A stretch of DNA of 18,852 nt from Paraspadella gotoi (lineage: Eukaryota > Animalia > Chaetognatha). Numbering within the stretch: position 1 is the stretch's first letter; each line of letters opens with the position of its first letter. A program made the position numbers and the translations under genes. Shown piece after piece: positions 1 through 11,680 of this stretch. The stretch is taken from positions 8,852,662 through 8,871,513 of the forward strand of contig CM119267.1 of NCBI GenBank assembly GCA_051294375.1, in the 5' to 3' direction. A model generated the notes under the pieces. It was not told where the DNA came from. It searched no databases and saw nothing but the letters and a program-made list of their open reading frames with translations.

Positions 1-603
1 TATGCAAAGTCAAAGTTAAATAGTGATTGAGTGGAGAAAAAAGTACGAAGCTATAAAAAAGGAGAATGTATGTTTGTAAAAAGATGCAGATGCGTCTTGA
101 TATAAAAGGAGAAGAACGATAAAAGGAAAAACATACAATAGGACGAGAGAAAGAGTCGAAAAAATGTTTGTAGAAAGAGAGAAAAATGGATGNNNNNNNN
201 NNNNNNNNNNNNNNNNNNNNNNNNNNNNNNNNNNNNNNNNNNNNNNNNNNNNNNNNNNNNNNNNNNNNNNNNNNNNNNNNNNNNNNNNNNNNNNNNNNNN
301 NNNNNNNNNNNNNNNNNNNNNNNNNNNNNNNNNNNNNNNNNNNNNNNNNNNNNNNNNNNNNNNNNNNNNNNNNNNNNNNNNNNNNNNNNNAGGGAGGGAG
401 AGGGAGAAAAGGAGAGACTGGCATAAAAAGCGACGGAAAATGACAAATGGATAAATCGAGGGACAGAAAACGACGAATCGATGGATAGAAGCGGAAAGTG
501 CGAAGGACAGAAGCGGACGATTTTTATAAAAGAAGGAATGGGATGAATGACAAGGAAAATGGATCGAGTTGTATAATTTACGATCGAAAGTGACGAAAGA
601 AGA

Positions 604-663
604 GACGACGACGAAGACGACGACGACGACGAAGACGACGACGAAGACGACGACGAAGATGAA
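604..663. repeat. (GAC/GAA)n trinucleotide repeat
   Basis: GACGACGACGAAGACGACGACGACGACGAA... seen directly; reads as poly-D/E on + or poly-S on -. Confidence 0.9.
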
Positions 664-3448
664 AGCGTCGACGCCAAACTGAAAAGAAAAATTGAGGATG
701 AAATTTCAATCGAGTTGCGCGAATCACCGTTTATAGATTCTTTTTTTTTTAGCCAAGTTATCCGAAATAAATTATAGCTACGACAGAAATTTAATCGCGC
801 GGAAACCCGATACTTCCGCGATTATCAACTTTTCTCGCAGCCTCATTTTAACGGCGTCTTTTCTCGTCTCTCGATCGTTCGTAACTCGTGAAATATGCGT
901 CGGAATACATTTTCTTGGTCCGCGTTGTTTTGGCTTCTTGACCTTCTCCTCCATCTCTCTCTCTCTCGTTCAATTGGAATAGACCGACGGCGTTTGGCGA
1001 ATGATAAAAGTGTTTACATATTTTCTAACAAATAAATCAGGCGTTGCGCTGCGCGCGAAACGCTCCGACGGCTCCATTACAGGCGATTGCCTGTCATTAG
1101 CCGCGATTTAGAAGACTCGACTCTTGAATAATTCATGGTCGGGTCTCTGTGTGTGTGTGTGTCTCTCTCTCTCCCTCTTTCTCTATTCTATCTCTGGCTG
1201 CAAATCACAAATTTCATCCCAGTGTATTAAACGTCAGGAGCTAATCTGGCGGAACGAGCGAAGATCTCGCTTTCGAAGAAAAAGGAAAGAGAGATGGGAG
1301 GGGAGGAAGAAGAAAAACGAGAAGATNNNNNNNNNNNNNNNNNNNNNNNNNNNNNNNNNNNNNNNNNNNNNNNNNNNNNNNNNNNNNNNNNNNNNNNNNN
1401 NNNNNNNNNNNNNNNNNNNNNNNNNNNNNNNNNNNNNNNNNNNNNNNNNNNNNNNNNNNNNNNNNNNNNNNNNNNNNNNNNNNNNNNNNNNNNNNNNNNN
1501 NNNNNNNNNNNNNNNNNNNNNNNNNNNNNNNNNNNNNNNNNNNNNNNNNNNNNNNNNNNNNNNNNNNNNNNNNNNNNNNNNNNNNNNNNNNNNNNNNNNN
1601 NNNNNNNNNNNNNNNNNNNNNNNNNNNNNNNNNNNNNNNNNNNNNNNNNNNNNNNNNNNNNNNNNNNNNNNNNNNNNNNNNNNNNNNNNNNNNNNNNNNN
1701 NNNNNNNNNNNNNNNNNNNNNNNNNNNNNNNNNNNNNNNNNNNNNNNNNNNNNNNNNNNNNNNNNNNNNNNNNNNNNNNNNNNNNNNNNNNNNNNNNNNN
1801 NNNNNNNNNNNNNNNNNNNNNNNNNNNNNNNNNNNNNNNNNNNNNNNNNNNNNNNNNNNNNNNNNNNNNNNNNNNNNNNNNNNNNNNNNNNNNNNNNNNN
1901 NNNNNNNNNNNNNNNNNNNNNNNNNNNNNNNNNNNNNNNNNNNNNNNNNNNNNNNNNNNNNNNNNNNNNNNNNNNNNNNNNNNNNNNNNNNACCGCCAGC
2001 AAAATTGAAGACATTCGCGCCTGGATTGAGAAAGCTCGGGACAGTCTGGTATCTACGTCTTCTATCTTCTCAACCATTCTCGCAATTCGGTCGTGATGAT
2101 TCCAACCTCCCATCTATTCAGCTCTTGTTCCATTTCCATTTTTATATCCATTTCCCGCTCTTTCATCTTCTTTCTTTTCCTCGCATTTCCACTTTCCCCT
2201 TTCTTTCCCTTCCTCCCTTGCATATTCCTTACTCCCTTCCGCCACCCTTCTCCCCCCCTCAGTATCCTCGCGTGACGCCGCGTCCACCGCAGTCGAAAAG
2301 AGTCAACATCATTTTCTCGCCTCTCTCGATTTTCTTTTCCTTTTTTTTTTCTCTCATTCCTTTTTTTTTCTCCGCTTTTCCTCCGAACGGGGTTTTTTTT
2401 TTNNNNNNNNNNNNNNNNNNNNNNNNNNNNNNNNNNNNNNNNNNNNNNNNNNNNNNNNNNNNNNNNNNNNNNNNNNNNNNNNNNNNNNNNNNNNNNNNNN
2501 NNNNNNNNNNNNNNNNNNNNNNNNNNNNNNNNNNNNNNNNNNNNNNNNNNNNNNNNNNNNNNNNNNNNNNNNNNNNNNNNNNNNNNNNNNNNNNNNNNNN
2601 NNNNNNNNNNNNNNNNCACTCTCTCTCGATCGAACTCGACGACTTAAACAGATGAGATACGAAGAGTTTGTGAATCCACTAAGCAATTTCGCCAATAAAA
2701 CCAACGGCCATCTGAATAATAGGAAACTGAAGACAGCAAGGAACAGACATTAGTTGACAGTTTATATAGCAAAGTGATATAAATTTTTTTTAAACTATAT
2801 AGAGAAAGTAACACGGCATATTTGCTGTTGAGAAACCAGACATTGATTCCTCATCTAAAAAGACGCAACAAACACAACAAAACCGAACAAGACAGAAAAT
2901 GAAAAAGAAGGAAGGAAAACGAGAACAAGAATTTTGTTCCCCCCCCCAAAAAAAAAGGGAAAAAAAGAAAGGAAAAGGGAAACAAGATGAACAAGAATAA
3001 GGATGAGCGAAGGAAGAGCGAGAATAAAAAGGGACAAGACCCGTCAGTGTTCAAAGCTCTCTCGCTTTTGCTTCGAGTATATCAGAAGAGAGAGAGAGAN
3101 NNNNNNNNNNNNNNNNNNNNNNNNNNNNNNNNNNNNNNNNNNNNNNNNNNNNNNNNNNNNNNNNNNNNNNNNNNNNNNNNNNNNNNNNNNNNNNNNNNNN
3201 NNNNNNNNNNNNNNNNNNNNNNNNNNNNNNNNGACAGACAGAGAGAGAGACATCGAAAATATCGGACTTCTCTTTCGGCAATAAGTGGGGTGGAGAAAGA
3301 GAAGGGAGAGGAGAGAAGAAGAAGAGGAGGAAAAGAGAGTAGAAAGAGGAGAAAGAGAGAGGAAGAGGCTTAGATGAAGAACCCGAAAGAGATACCTAAT
3401 GATCCGATCGGGCGAAAGCTCTCTCTCTCTCTCTCCATTTTTTTTCTC

Positions 3449-3789
3449 TTAGTCGAGAGAGAAGGTCCGCGAGGGTTTGAGGACTCGGAGGTTTGGCGGA
3501 GTGACTGTACTGGCGTGAAAGGGTGGCTGGGCCTGGGGTGATCTGCTCGAAGGATCGAGGTCACTGAGGTGATGTAGAGGAATGACAGATAGGTCTTGGG
3601 TTTTTGACGTCGTATCTCTTTTGGCGACATTGGCATTATCGACATTCTTCAGCGCCTAACCGTTTCGCTCGCGCCATCTGCCGGCGAGAACGGTTAGGTT
3701 AGAACGCCACCCCTCGGTTGGTTAAGAATTCCCGGTGATATCTGTTTGTAGGGTTTTGAGAATTGGATCGGCACACTTTGTATTTCTGC
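3449..3789 (-). CDS. Possible 3' end (two exons) of an unidentified protein-coding gene
   Basis: Exon 3711-3789 (TAG acceptor), a 55-nt GT-AG intron at 3656-3710 and exon 3449-3655 join in phase to give QKYKVCRSNSQNPTNRYHREFLTNRG|ALKNVDNANVAKRDTTSKTQDLSVIPLHHLSDLDPSSRSPQAQPPFHASTVTPPNLRVLKPSRTFSLD*. It is a complex-sequence island between low-complexity tracts. No family recognised. Confidence 0.4.
3671..3684 (-). promoter_or_regulatory. CTCF-like motif
   Basis: Minus strand reads CCGGCAGATGGCGC. Confidence 0.35.
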
Positions 3790-4949
3790 CTACGAAGTCA
3801 TTTTTTGTGTCTGTTTACTTAAAACTTGTTTTCTTGGATTCGTTCCTTTCCTTCTTCTGAGTTGTACGCGCCCAATTCCTTTATTTTCTTTTCTTCTTTA
3901 ATCTATTTTTTTTCATCCCTCCCTGCCATTGTTCCTTCTCTCTTTCTACCTCCTCTTTTCCATCAAAATATTCCTTCTTTCTCTCTCTCTTTCTTTCTTT
4001 CTCTCTCTCTCTCTNNNNNNNNNNNNNNNNNNNNNNNNNNNNNNNNNNNNNNNNNNNNNNNNNNNNNNNNNNNNNNNNNNNNNNNNNNNNNNNNNNNNNN
4101 NNNNNNNNNNNNNNNNNNNNNNNNNNNNNNNNNNNNNNNNNNNNNNNNNNNNNNNNNNNNNNNNNNNNNNNNNNNNNNNNNNNNNNNNNNNNNNNNNNNN
4201 NNNNNNNNNNNNNNNNNNNNNNNNNNNNNNNNNNNNNNNNNNNNNNNNNNNNNNNNNAGGAGGAGGAAGAGAAGGAGTCGGTGAAAAGAACGACCGAAGG
4301 AGGTTAAAAAGGATAAAAAGAGAAGAAAAAAAGTTTAAGGTTCCTTGTTCGTGATCTTTGTTTATTCACCGAGAGCTTCCGCTTGTGCAAAATGGGTTTT
4401 CTTGACGTTTCAGCAAAAGAAGAATGAAAAAAAAAAAGTCTTTCAATCTTAGGTCCGCTGAAGGAGAAGAGAAAATTTGTCACGACCCCTTTCAATATTT
4501 TATCTCTTGCGCTCATCCCCCTTTTCCCTTTGGGCTTTATGCACTGTCGCAGCCGCGGCGGTTATTGTCGATCCCACTACTGTGATTATCAATCTTGCGC
4601 TTTGGCGCTTTGGCTTTCTAAATGATACTACTATTGCATTCCATGTTTCACTAACTAATAAAATTTCAATCTCCACTGTTACAGTTTCGCCACTTATAAA
4701 TTCCCTTCGCTCTTCGCTCCTAATTTCCGACAAATGTATCCCGTTTTCCACAGTCCCAAATTTTCTCTTTACACTTCCGGTTTCCCTCTTCCAGGTTTTT
4801 GCTTCCGTATTTCATTTCCGTCTTTCTCTGCCTCTCTCCTTCCCCCCCCATCGATGTAGGAAGGGGGGGACAAAAGAAAAAGAAGGGGAGAGAATGGGAG
4901 CGAGAGAAGAGGATGGAAATTGGTAAGGAGCTCAAACTGGGTCGTTAGT

Positions 4950-4972
4950 TGACCCGGCCTGACCTCTGACCC
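4950..4972 (-). promoter_or_regulatory. Composite nuclear-receptor response element candidate (DR1 + DR4)
   Basis: TGACCC-ggcc-TGACCT-c-TGACCC: three consensus RGGTCA half-sites on the minus strand, spaced 1 and 4 nt. Motif only; function untested. Confidence 0.4.
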
Positions 4973-5497
4973 GTGGGCCGGTCCTTCTGTAAATCGATTA
5001 CATGGTGAACGGTTCCAAGAAAAGGAGAAGCGAAAGNNNNNNNNNNNNNNNNNNNNNNNNNNNNNNNNNNNNNNNNNNNNNNNNNNNNNNNNNNNNNNNN
5101 NNNNNNNNNNNNNNNNNNNNNNNNNNNNNNNNNNNNNNNNNNNNNNNNNNNNNGAGGACGCGGTAGAAGAGTTGACTGAGAAAGAAAAATGGGAGCAACA
5201 AGGAGGAATATATTTTTTGCCTCCGTGTGTGCGTGTGTGTTTTTTCGTGTGTGTGTTTTAGAGACGCAATGGGATCTCCGCTCGCGTTACGTCGTCCTTT
5301 CAACGCGACCCTTCATTCACTAACTCCCTCCTCCTCCCTGCAAAAATTGCGCGCGCAAAATCGGACGGAGCACGCGTTGACATCTGAGCGCCACTTCATC
5401 CCGAGGTAACAGCTTCGTCGTTGTTTGCCGATGGCCGACGTTTTTTCGGGATAAGACGGTCGCGATGGGGGGAAGCGGTCGAATCAGCGCACACAGT

Positions 5498-5802
5498 GGA
5501 GAGAGAGAGAAGAGAAGATGATTATTTGAGAGAGAGAGAGAGAAGAGTTCTGGAGATCAGGAGAGAGAGAAGAGAGAGAGAGAGAGAAGAAGTTGCGGAA
5601 GGTAACACTCCGGGTCTTAGTCTTTTGTCGTCGGTGTTGGAAGGGCGGCCAAATCTGCGGAAGATTACTGCCCTCGCGCCACGGGGGTCAGATTAACAGG
5701 GAGAGAGAGATAAGAGGAGCGAGAGAGAGAGAGAGAGAGAGAGAGATGAGAAGAGAGAGAGAGAGTTGATATATGGAGAGAGAGAGAGAGAGAAGAAAGA
5801 GG
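5498..5802. repeat. Cluster of imperfect (GA)n microsatellites
   Basis: GA runs at about 5498-5590 and 5700-5802. Confidence 0.9.
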
Positions 5803-6405
5803 AGATTATATTATTGGAAAAGGAAGGAAGGGAAAAAGGGATAAAAAGAGAAACTTGTTTTGAGCTTATAACAATTGACAGTTTTTCATCCAATTCAATT
5901 AAATGTCATATCTTCTAAAACTTGGCAATTCAAAAGAAAAAAGCCCACTTAAAAAAGAGAAAGACGGCTGAAAAAAAATAAGAAAAAAAAGAAAGAAAAC
6001 TAGCCTCTCCTCTCAAACGAAAAAAAGATTTCTGGTTTGAAGCAAAACAATTCGGCGAAAGTCAGAAGGTCAAACGGAGAGAGAAGCCGAGCGAATGCAG
6101 GTCGACGAAAAATATTTTTATTCCATCATAAATCGTCATATCTTGTGAATGTTTGTAAATAATCTAGAATTCTTTACATTCGAAACAGTTATGATCGCTC
6201 GAGATCATCAGTTAACAAGAAAAGGCAACGTGAAAAACTATAGTACATTTATTTTTAAAAAATAAAGGAATTAAATATTTAGCGAATCATGGAAGAATTC
6301 AATGGTTGTCCTAACGCATTGTGCGATGCAATGATGATGACGACGTCGATGAAATCCCCGGATGGATGTCTTCCGAGATGTTCACGTTCCAGACACAAGT
6401 GTCAT

Positions 6406-6407
<2 letters not shown>

Positions 6408-6449
<42 letters not shown>

Positions 6450-6453
6450 AGAG
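6408..6453. repeat. (AG)n microsatellite
   Basis: Near-perfect AG run. Confidence 0.95.
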
Positions 6454-7029
6454 AAGTCAATACTCAGCGCCCGTACGCAGCCGAGACCTTTTGCCGCGCG
6501 ACGGCTGCCGACCGACTCCTCCCTTCCGGGCTCTCCGCTCGGGATCAGGAGATTTTTGTCTCTCTCTCGTATGTGAGTCGGGCTTCTTCACGGATCGAAT
6601 CCGAGCGATGGCCCGCATTTCTCTCTCTCTCTCTCTCCTCTTCTCTTCTTCTTACTTTTTCTTCTGCTTTCTCCTCATTTTTTGTCTTTTTTCTCTCTTA
6701 ATGTAACATTTGTATTATCTCACTTTATTTCTAATCTTACATGTATTATACTAAACTAAAATATTTTTTTCATAACATATTCAACTCTATGAAAATTCTT
6801 TTTAATATTTATATATAAATATAATCTCAGTTATTGTTTTATCTTTTCTTTTCTGTTTTCATTATGGTGATCAAAAAAGAACAACACCAGCCTCTAACTT
6901 GAGTTCATGATGGTGATGATGATATAGTGATGATCTTAGAATCATTTGAATAACGAGCGACCACATAATTAATGGAAAACAGCAATTAAACACCATATCT
7001 TCACTATTGGTTAAACTATTTTTAATATA

Positions 7030-9440
7030 TATAAATTTCCTCTTGCTTCTATATTTTTTTCTTAATGTTTTCAGGCTTGCGTATTGTCTCTATAGCTAAT
7101 ACTAAGGCGTACTATCTTATGTAAAATGTGCTGTAGTTAGACTTTCAAATCTCGATATGCGATTAAAATATGTAAACCGGTTGAAATACAGCCCAGAAAA
7201 TTATGCCAGAATATCTTTAATCCTTTGTATAAAGGTGATAATTGAATATACTTGTCAAAGAATGAACAGAAAACGATTTTTTCCAATGTAAACAAGGTAA
7301 ATAAAACTTCTAAAAAAAAAAACGTCAAAACAGGTTGCTTGATTTCCAATGCTTAAACGCAAGCATGCAAAAAGTAGAAAAATCGGACGATAACGAACGA
7401 ACTATTCTAAGGAGTACACAAAAGCTAAAACGATTTAAAGACACAGACTTTTTTAAAATAAACGCAGCACGGATTAATTTCCAACCAAAAGATGAGTGTA
7501 TTATTTAAAACTAAATTGAAATATAATGTATTTGTAATACAATGGAAAATTGAGATAATAGAATTTCTCAAAACACCCTGCGCGGAGAAACGATATATAT
7601 ATTCAAAATAATATATATATATAGCGCTTATTAAAAGATATGCGTGGCTGAAAAGAATGTATATATGCATTATCTCTAGAGATTGTTAAAATTGAGGGAT
7701 AATCTTCGGGAAAAGGAAAAAGAAGGAAGAGACAGAGGAAATGAGAATATGTATAATATAAATTATGTATAGGATGATAGTGAGACATTTATGTAGAAGA
7801 ATTAATCTTTTATGAGAGCGCCCCCGAAAACAAAAACAAATTTCCTCTCTGTTATTCTTATTGTCTCCTTCTCTCTCTCTATTTCTTTTTTTTTAATTTT
7901 AGGTAGGCTATTCTCTCCCTCTTCAAAAAGATTCAAATACACGCGTGTATGTAAAATAGTATTTTAATGGAATACACCAGAACGAACTTGATTTTTCTCG
8001 TGAGTACCTCCTCACAAAAAAGAATATTGAGAATAGCACTTGTGAATATAGAAATAGACAGGCGAGAAAAGGACCGATATTTTTTGTTCAAAATGTAAAA
8101 AGATTAAAGAAAAAAAACCAAAAAACATTTTAAAAAAAAATAACGAGTCTCAACAGTATTTCGATTATATATTTTGTAGATAAAAAAAATATTATTAAAA
8201 AATGGTATGACAACACGATAACGACATTGAATGCTAAAGTGAAAAAAAGTGTATGTATAATAGATAATATACATGACTGGCAAGAACGGATAAATTTCAA
8301 TATTATGATAAGAAAACTTATTAAAAGGAACATAAGAAGACAAGCGTTTGTGTGTTTCTTCGAAGGTACGGGTAAAAAGAGGGAAGAAAAAAATTCTAAA
8401 ACACGGAAAACGATATTTTCAAGGAGAAAAGGAGGATATTAAAAACGGTTAAAAATACTTCTGCAAATAACATCGAGGTTGTAAATTGACTTTAACATTG
8501 TGGAAAAAAGAGACTCCGACCGCGGCGGTAACGGAAGCCGACAGTTATTAAAATATCTTATTTAGTTTCAAAAACTGACCAATTTACCTCTCTTTAGTTA
8601 TGTCTCCTAATCGCTGCTCTCGTCATTTTCTTGCGCTATATAGATTGTATATGTAGCTTGTCATCTTACAACTGCCTCAATAGATAAAAACGTTAACAAT
8701 CTACACCAGAAAAACACTTTTTCTCTGTTAAAAAGCATATGAAAACTTTAAAAATAACAGAAAACGATTTTATTTCAATGTAAAAAGAAATAATAAACTT
8801 AAAAAAAAAAACGGTGCAAGATCTTTTTTCCAATGTAAAAAGAGTATTAAAAAGAACACGATAAACGACTTTCTAAAGTAAAAGTATTGATAAAAACGTA
8901 ATGACACCGGCAGACACATTTCCAAAGACGATAACAACTTTTAAAAACAAGAAAAAACGCGTTTCTTCCCAATGTAAAAAGAGATAAAAAATTTCTAAAA
9001 CACCGGGAAAACGATATTTTTCAAAAAAAGAAATAAAATACGGGTTAATACTTCTGCAAATAACATCATCGAGTTTGTTTTTATGTGTATATATATATTT
9101 TATCAAAACAAAACGAAATTTCGCATCTCTATAAATTAGTTTAATGTACTGCCTGTCTTTATTCTTATATAACTGTTATCTCCTCACTCTTCAAATATAT
9201 ATATCTATCTAGCCAGAAATAAACCGGACAGGTTCTTACTCTGTAAAAAGATAGTGAAACTTTTAAAAAATAACCAGAAAAGTTTTTTCCAAAGTAAAAG
9301 AAATAAAAACTGTAAAAACACAAACGGCGCAGCGGGGCAACGTTTTTTCCAATGTAAAAAGAGTTATAAAACACCGTAAACGAACTTTTCTAAAGTAAAA
9401 AGTAAGTAAAACGTTAAATGTAACACCGGCGAGGACGCAC
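7030..9440. repeat. Degenerate AT-rich tandem (satellite-like) array with about 45-60 bp subunits and a larger higher-order unit
   Basis: The motif AAACGnTTTTTTCCAATGTAAAAAGA recurs near 7271, 8761, 8824, 8956, 9278 and 9339. Block 8700-8920 aligns by eye with 9220-9440, and 8390-8485 with 8990-9080 (both contain AATACTTCTGCAAATAACATC). Confidence 0.75.
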
Positions 9441-9587
9441 ATTGTTGTCGAGGTTGTTAAAGAATTGAGAGGTTGAGGACAGTNNNNNNNNNNNNNNNNN
9501 NNNNNNNNAGAGAAAATTCCAAAGGCCAACTCAAGATGTCAACTCGTAACGGAAGCCCCGCGGGGTCGGCGTGAGACGCCACTCCGA

Positions 9588-9623
9588 GAGGCCAAACCCG
9601 AGGCCAAACCTGAGGCCAAACAC
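9588..9623. repeat. 12-bp tandem repeat x3 (GAGGCCAAACCC)
   Basis: gaggccaaaccc gaggccaaacct gaggccaaacac. Confidence 0.9.
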
Positions 9624-10006
9624 TCCATTTCGCTACTTTTTTTCTCTCTTCGACTTTTGGAAGGGGAGAGGGCGAATCGTAGGACCTTCGGAAAAAAAAT
9701 AAATGGTTTTTTCACGAAACTAAATCCTCTTCATATCGACTACTTTCGCTCGGTTATTTTCGTCCTTACCCCTTTACCCTCCGGTGGGGGGTAGACTCTC
9801 TNNNNNNNNNNAAAATTCTTCATTTGTTTCTTGACTGATGGCCCCCTGAGGCCAACGGGATTTCTTTTCAAATTTATGGGGGATAAAAATGTAATTTCAA
9901 AAGGGTAATTGGGTGCGGCCTCGCGGTTTCAAAAAAAAAAAGGGAAAAAAAGCCTCAGCCGCGTTAAGACTTTCGTCGCTCTTGCTCGGCTATGTAGACG
10001 ACGACG

Positions 10007-10039
10007 CTGTCGGAGCTGCCGGAGCTGCCGGAGCTGCCG
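10007..10039. repeat. 9-bp tandem repeat, about 3.7 copies (CTGCCGGAG)
   Basis: ctgtcggag ctgccggag ctgccggag ctgccg. Confidence 0.9.
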
Positions 10040-11399
10040 ACGTAAACAACTGCTGAGGTGGAGGATCTTGTTATTCTTGACGGAAGAATTTTACCTAAAG
10101 CTTCATTAGTAATGGTATTTCATTGCTTTTATTTTCAATTTAGGACAAAAAACTTGTCAAAATTTCCTCCTTTTTTTTTAAGGAAAAAAGAAAGAAGGGA
10201 AATTGTAATCCCTGAAAATTGATCCTCGTCTCCCGGAGGAAATTCGAGGGATTCCGACTCGAAATTCGAGGATAGAAAAAAAGAAGGGCAGAAATGAAAG
10301 GAAATAAGGGGAAAAAAAGGGAGGAACGAACGAAAAATAAAGGAAATCGATCGGAAACCAAAAAAAAAAATACTGAAGACTAAAAAGAAAACCGATGGCG
10401 ATTCGAATTGACCATATTTTTACGATCTAACGCTTCTTAATTTGGGGAAAAAGTGAACTTTTTTTAGCTTAAAACTCTGGCAAATACTTAATACTACTTA
10501 TTCATTTACTACTTATTTACTTACTTATTAGACAGATAATGTCTTTGTGCATGTTTTGTCACGTGATCACCAGGGAATAAAATTAATGACTATTTTCCAA
10601 CTCGTTTTAAAAATATTTAAGATTATATTTAAATGAGTTGATGTAAAATAAGGCTTGTGCGGGCGTCGATTCCGAAACAACAACTAACCAACGACAACAA
10701 CTCGACAATGAAACTAGACACTTCGTTGACCAAGGTCAAGTTCCGCTTGTACCTTAAATCCAACCCTTACCTTACTATTGTTAGCTTTAATTTATATTTG
10801 TTTATTTTCTCTACAAAAAATCTACAAGGTCAGAATCCCAAACGCTTTGAAATAAGTCAACTCATTAATTAATATTTACTTCGCCTTGTTTTTCGATGCT
10901 TGCAAGTCGTTACAAAACTGACATTTTTTTTTTTTTTTGATTTCTTTTTTTTTTTTGGTGCTTTTAAAGTGAAAGAACTCTGTTGTCCTCAGGTCTTCAC
11001 TTGGGAAAGAGTCGTTTACCCCCTGTCCTCTGTCAACTGCCCGACCTTGCAAAATCAGAGGTCCCCTTCGTCCTCGGCCCTCGCGAAGGAAAACAATCTT
11101 CATCCCCTGTCTCCGCTTGGGGGGAGGGGCGGAAGCAGAGAGCAGAGAGAGAGACCGGGAGGTTTGAGTTCCAAGGCTAAAACAACAACGGCCAAAGTAT
11201 TTAAGCCGGAGATTTTGAAGAGAATGTAAGGTGGGCCTTCAAACAACGCAAATGCCACGGAGGCGCGGTCGAAGACCTCTGCAGGGTCCTCGAGGGGCCG
11301 GAGCAGAAAGTTGGGGAGGGGTTGAGAGGAGTTGGTGGGTGGAATAAAGGGTAGAATGGGGGTGAAAGCCACGCTGGCACAAGGAGGTCACTCATGACA

Positions 11400-11618
11400 T
11401 CTCTCCTCTCCGTCTCTGCTCTCTCTCATCTCTCTCTCTCGTCTCGCTATCTGTCTCTCTTCTCTATCTCCTCTCTTCATCCTCTCACCCAATTAGGTCT
11501 TTCTTTACAAAAGGATTCAAAGTGAAAGAAAACCCCCGGCGCTTAAAGGGTAAAGCGGTCTTTTTCTCAATCTCCTTCAATTCCCAGACTGAGATCATTC
11601 CTCAGAGGAAGAGAGAGA

Positions 11619-11654
<36 letters not shown>

Positions 11655-11680
11655 AGAGAGGAGAGAGAGAGAGAGAAGAG
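11400..11680. repeat. (CT)n-rich tract (about 11400-11487) and (GA)n tract (about 11604-11680)
   Basis: Seen directly. Confidence 0.9.

Noticed and set aside
1992-2113. Possible exon MGGWNHHDRIARMVEKIEDVDTRLSRAFSIQARMSSILLA (-)
   Set aside because: It abuts a gap, an equally plausible frame is open on the other strand, and I recognise no homology.
51-5303. Long ORFs in the supplied track (e.g. 1294..2655, 1124..2008, 51..677)
   Set aside because: They are open only because N runs and GA/CT or poly-T tracts contain no stop codons.
5347-5358. Palindrome TTGCGCGCGCAA (E2F-like), also GCGCGCGAAA at 1051-1060
   Set aside because: Short CG-repeat palindromes arise easily, and there is no supporting promoter context.
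6289-6576. ORF MEEFNGCP... and an ATGATGA C-box-like word near 6330
   Set aside because: The ORF runs through a GA microsatellite, and no CTGA D box lies at a suitable distance.
7270-9400. Recurring TTTTCCAATGTAAAAAG motif as a CRISPR array
   Set aside because: Eukaryotic context, degenerate repeats, intervening sequences similar to each other, and no cas genes.
7137-9529. Short F/I/Y-rich ORFs
   Set aside because: Translations of AT-rich satellite-like DNA with no recognisable motifs or splice structure.
10650-11400. GC-rich blocks with several overlapping ORFs on both strands
   Set aside because: No frame stands out or matches a known family. They may be exonic or UTR but cannot be called.
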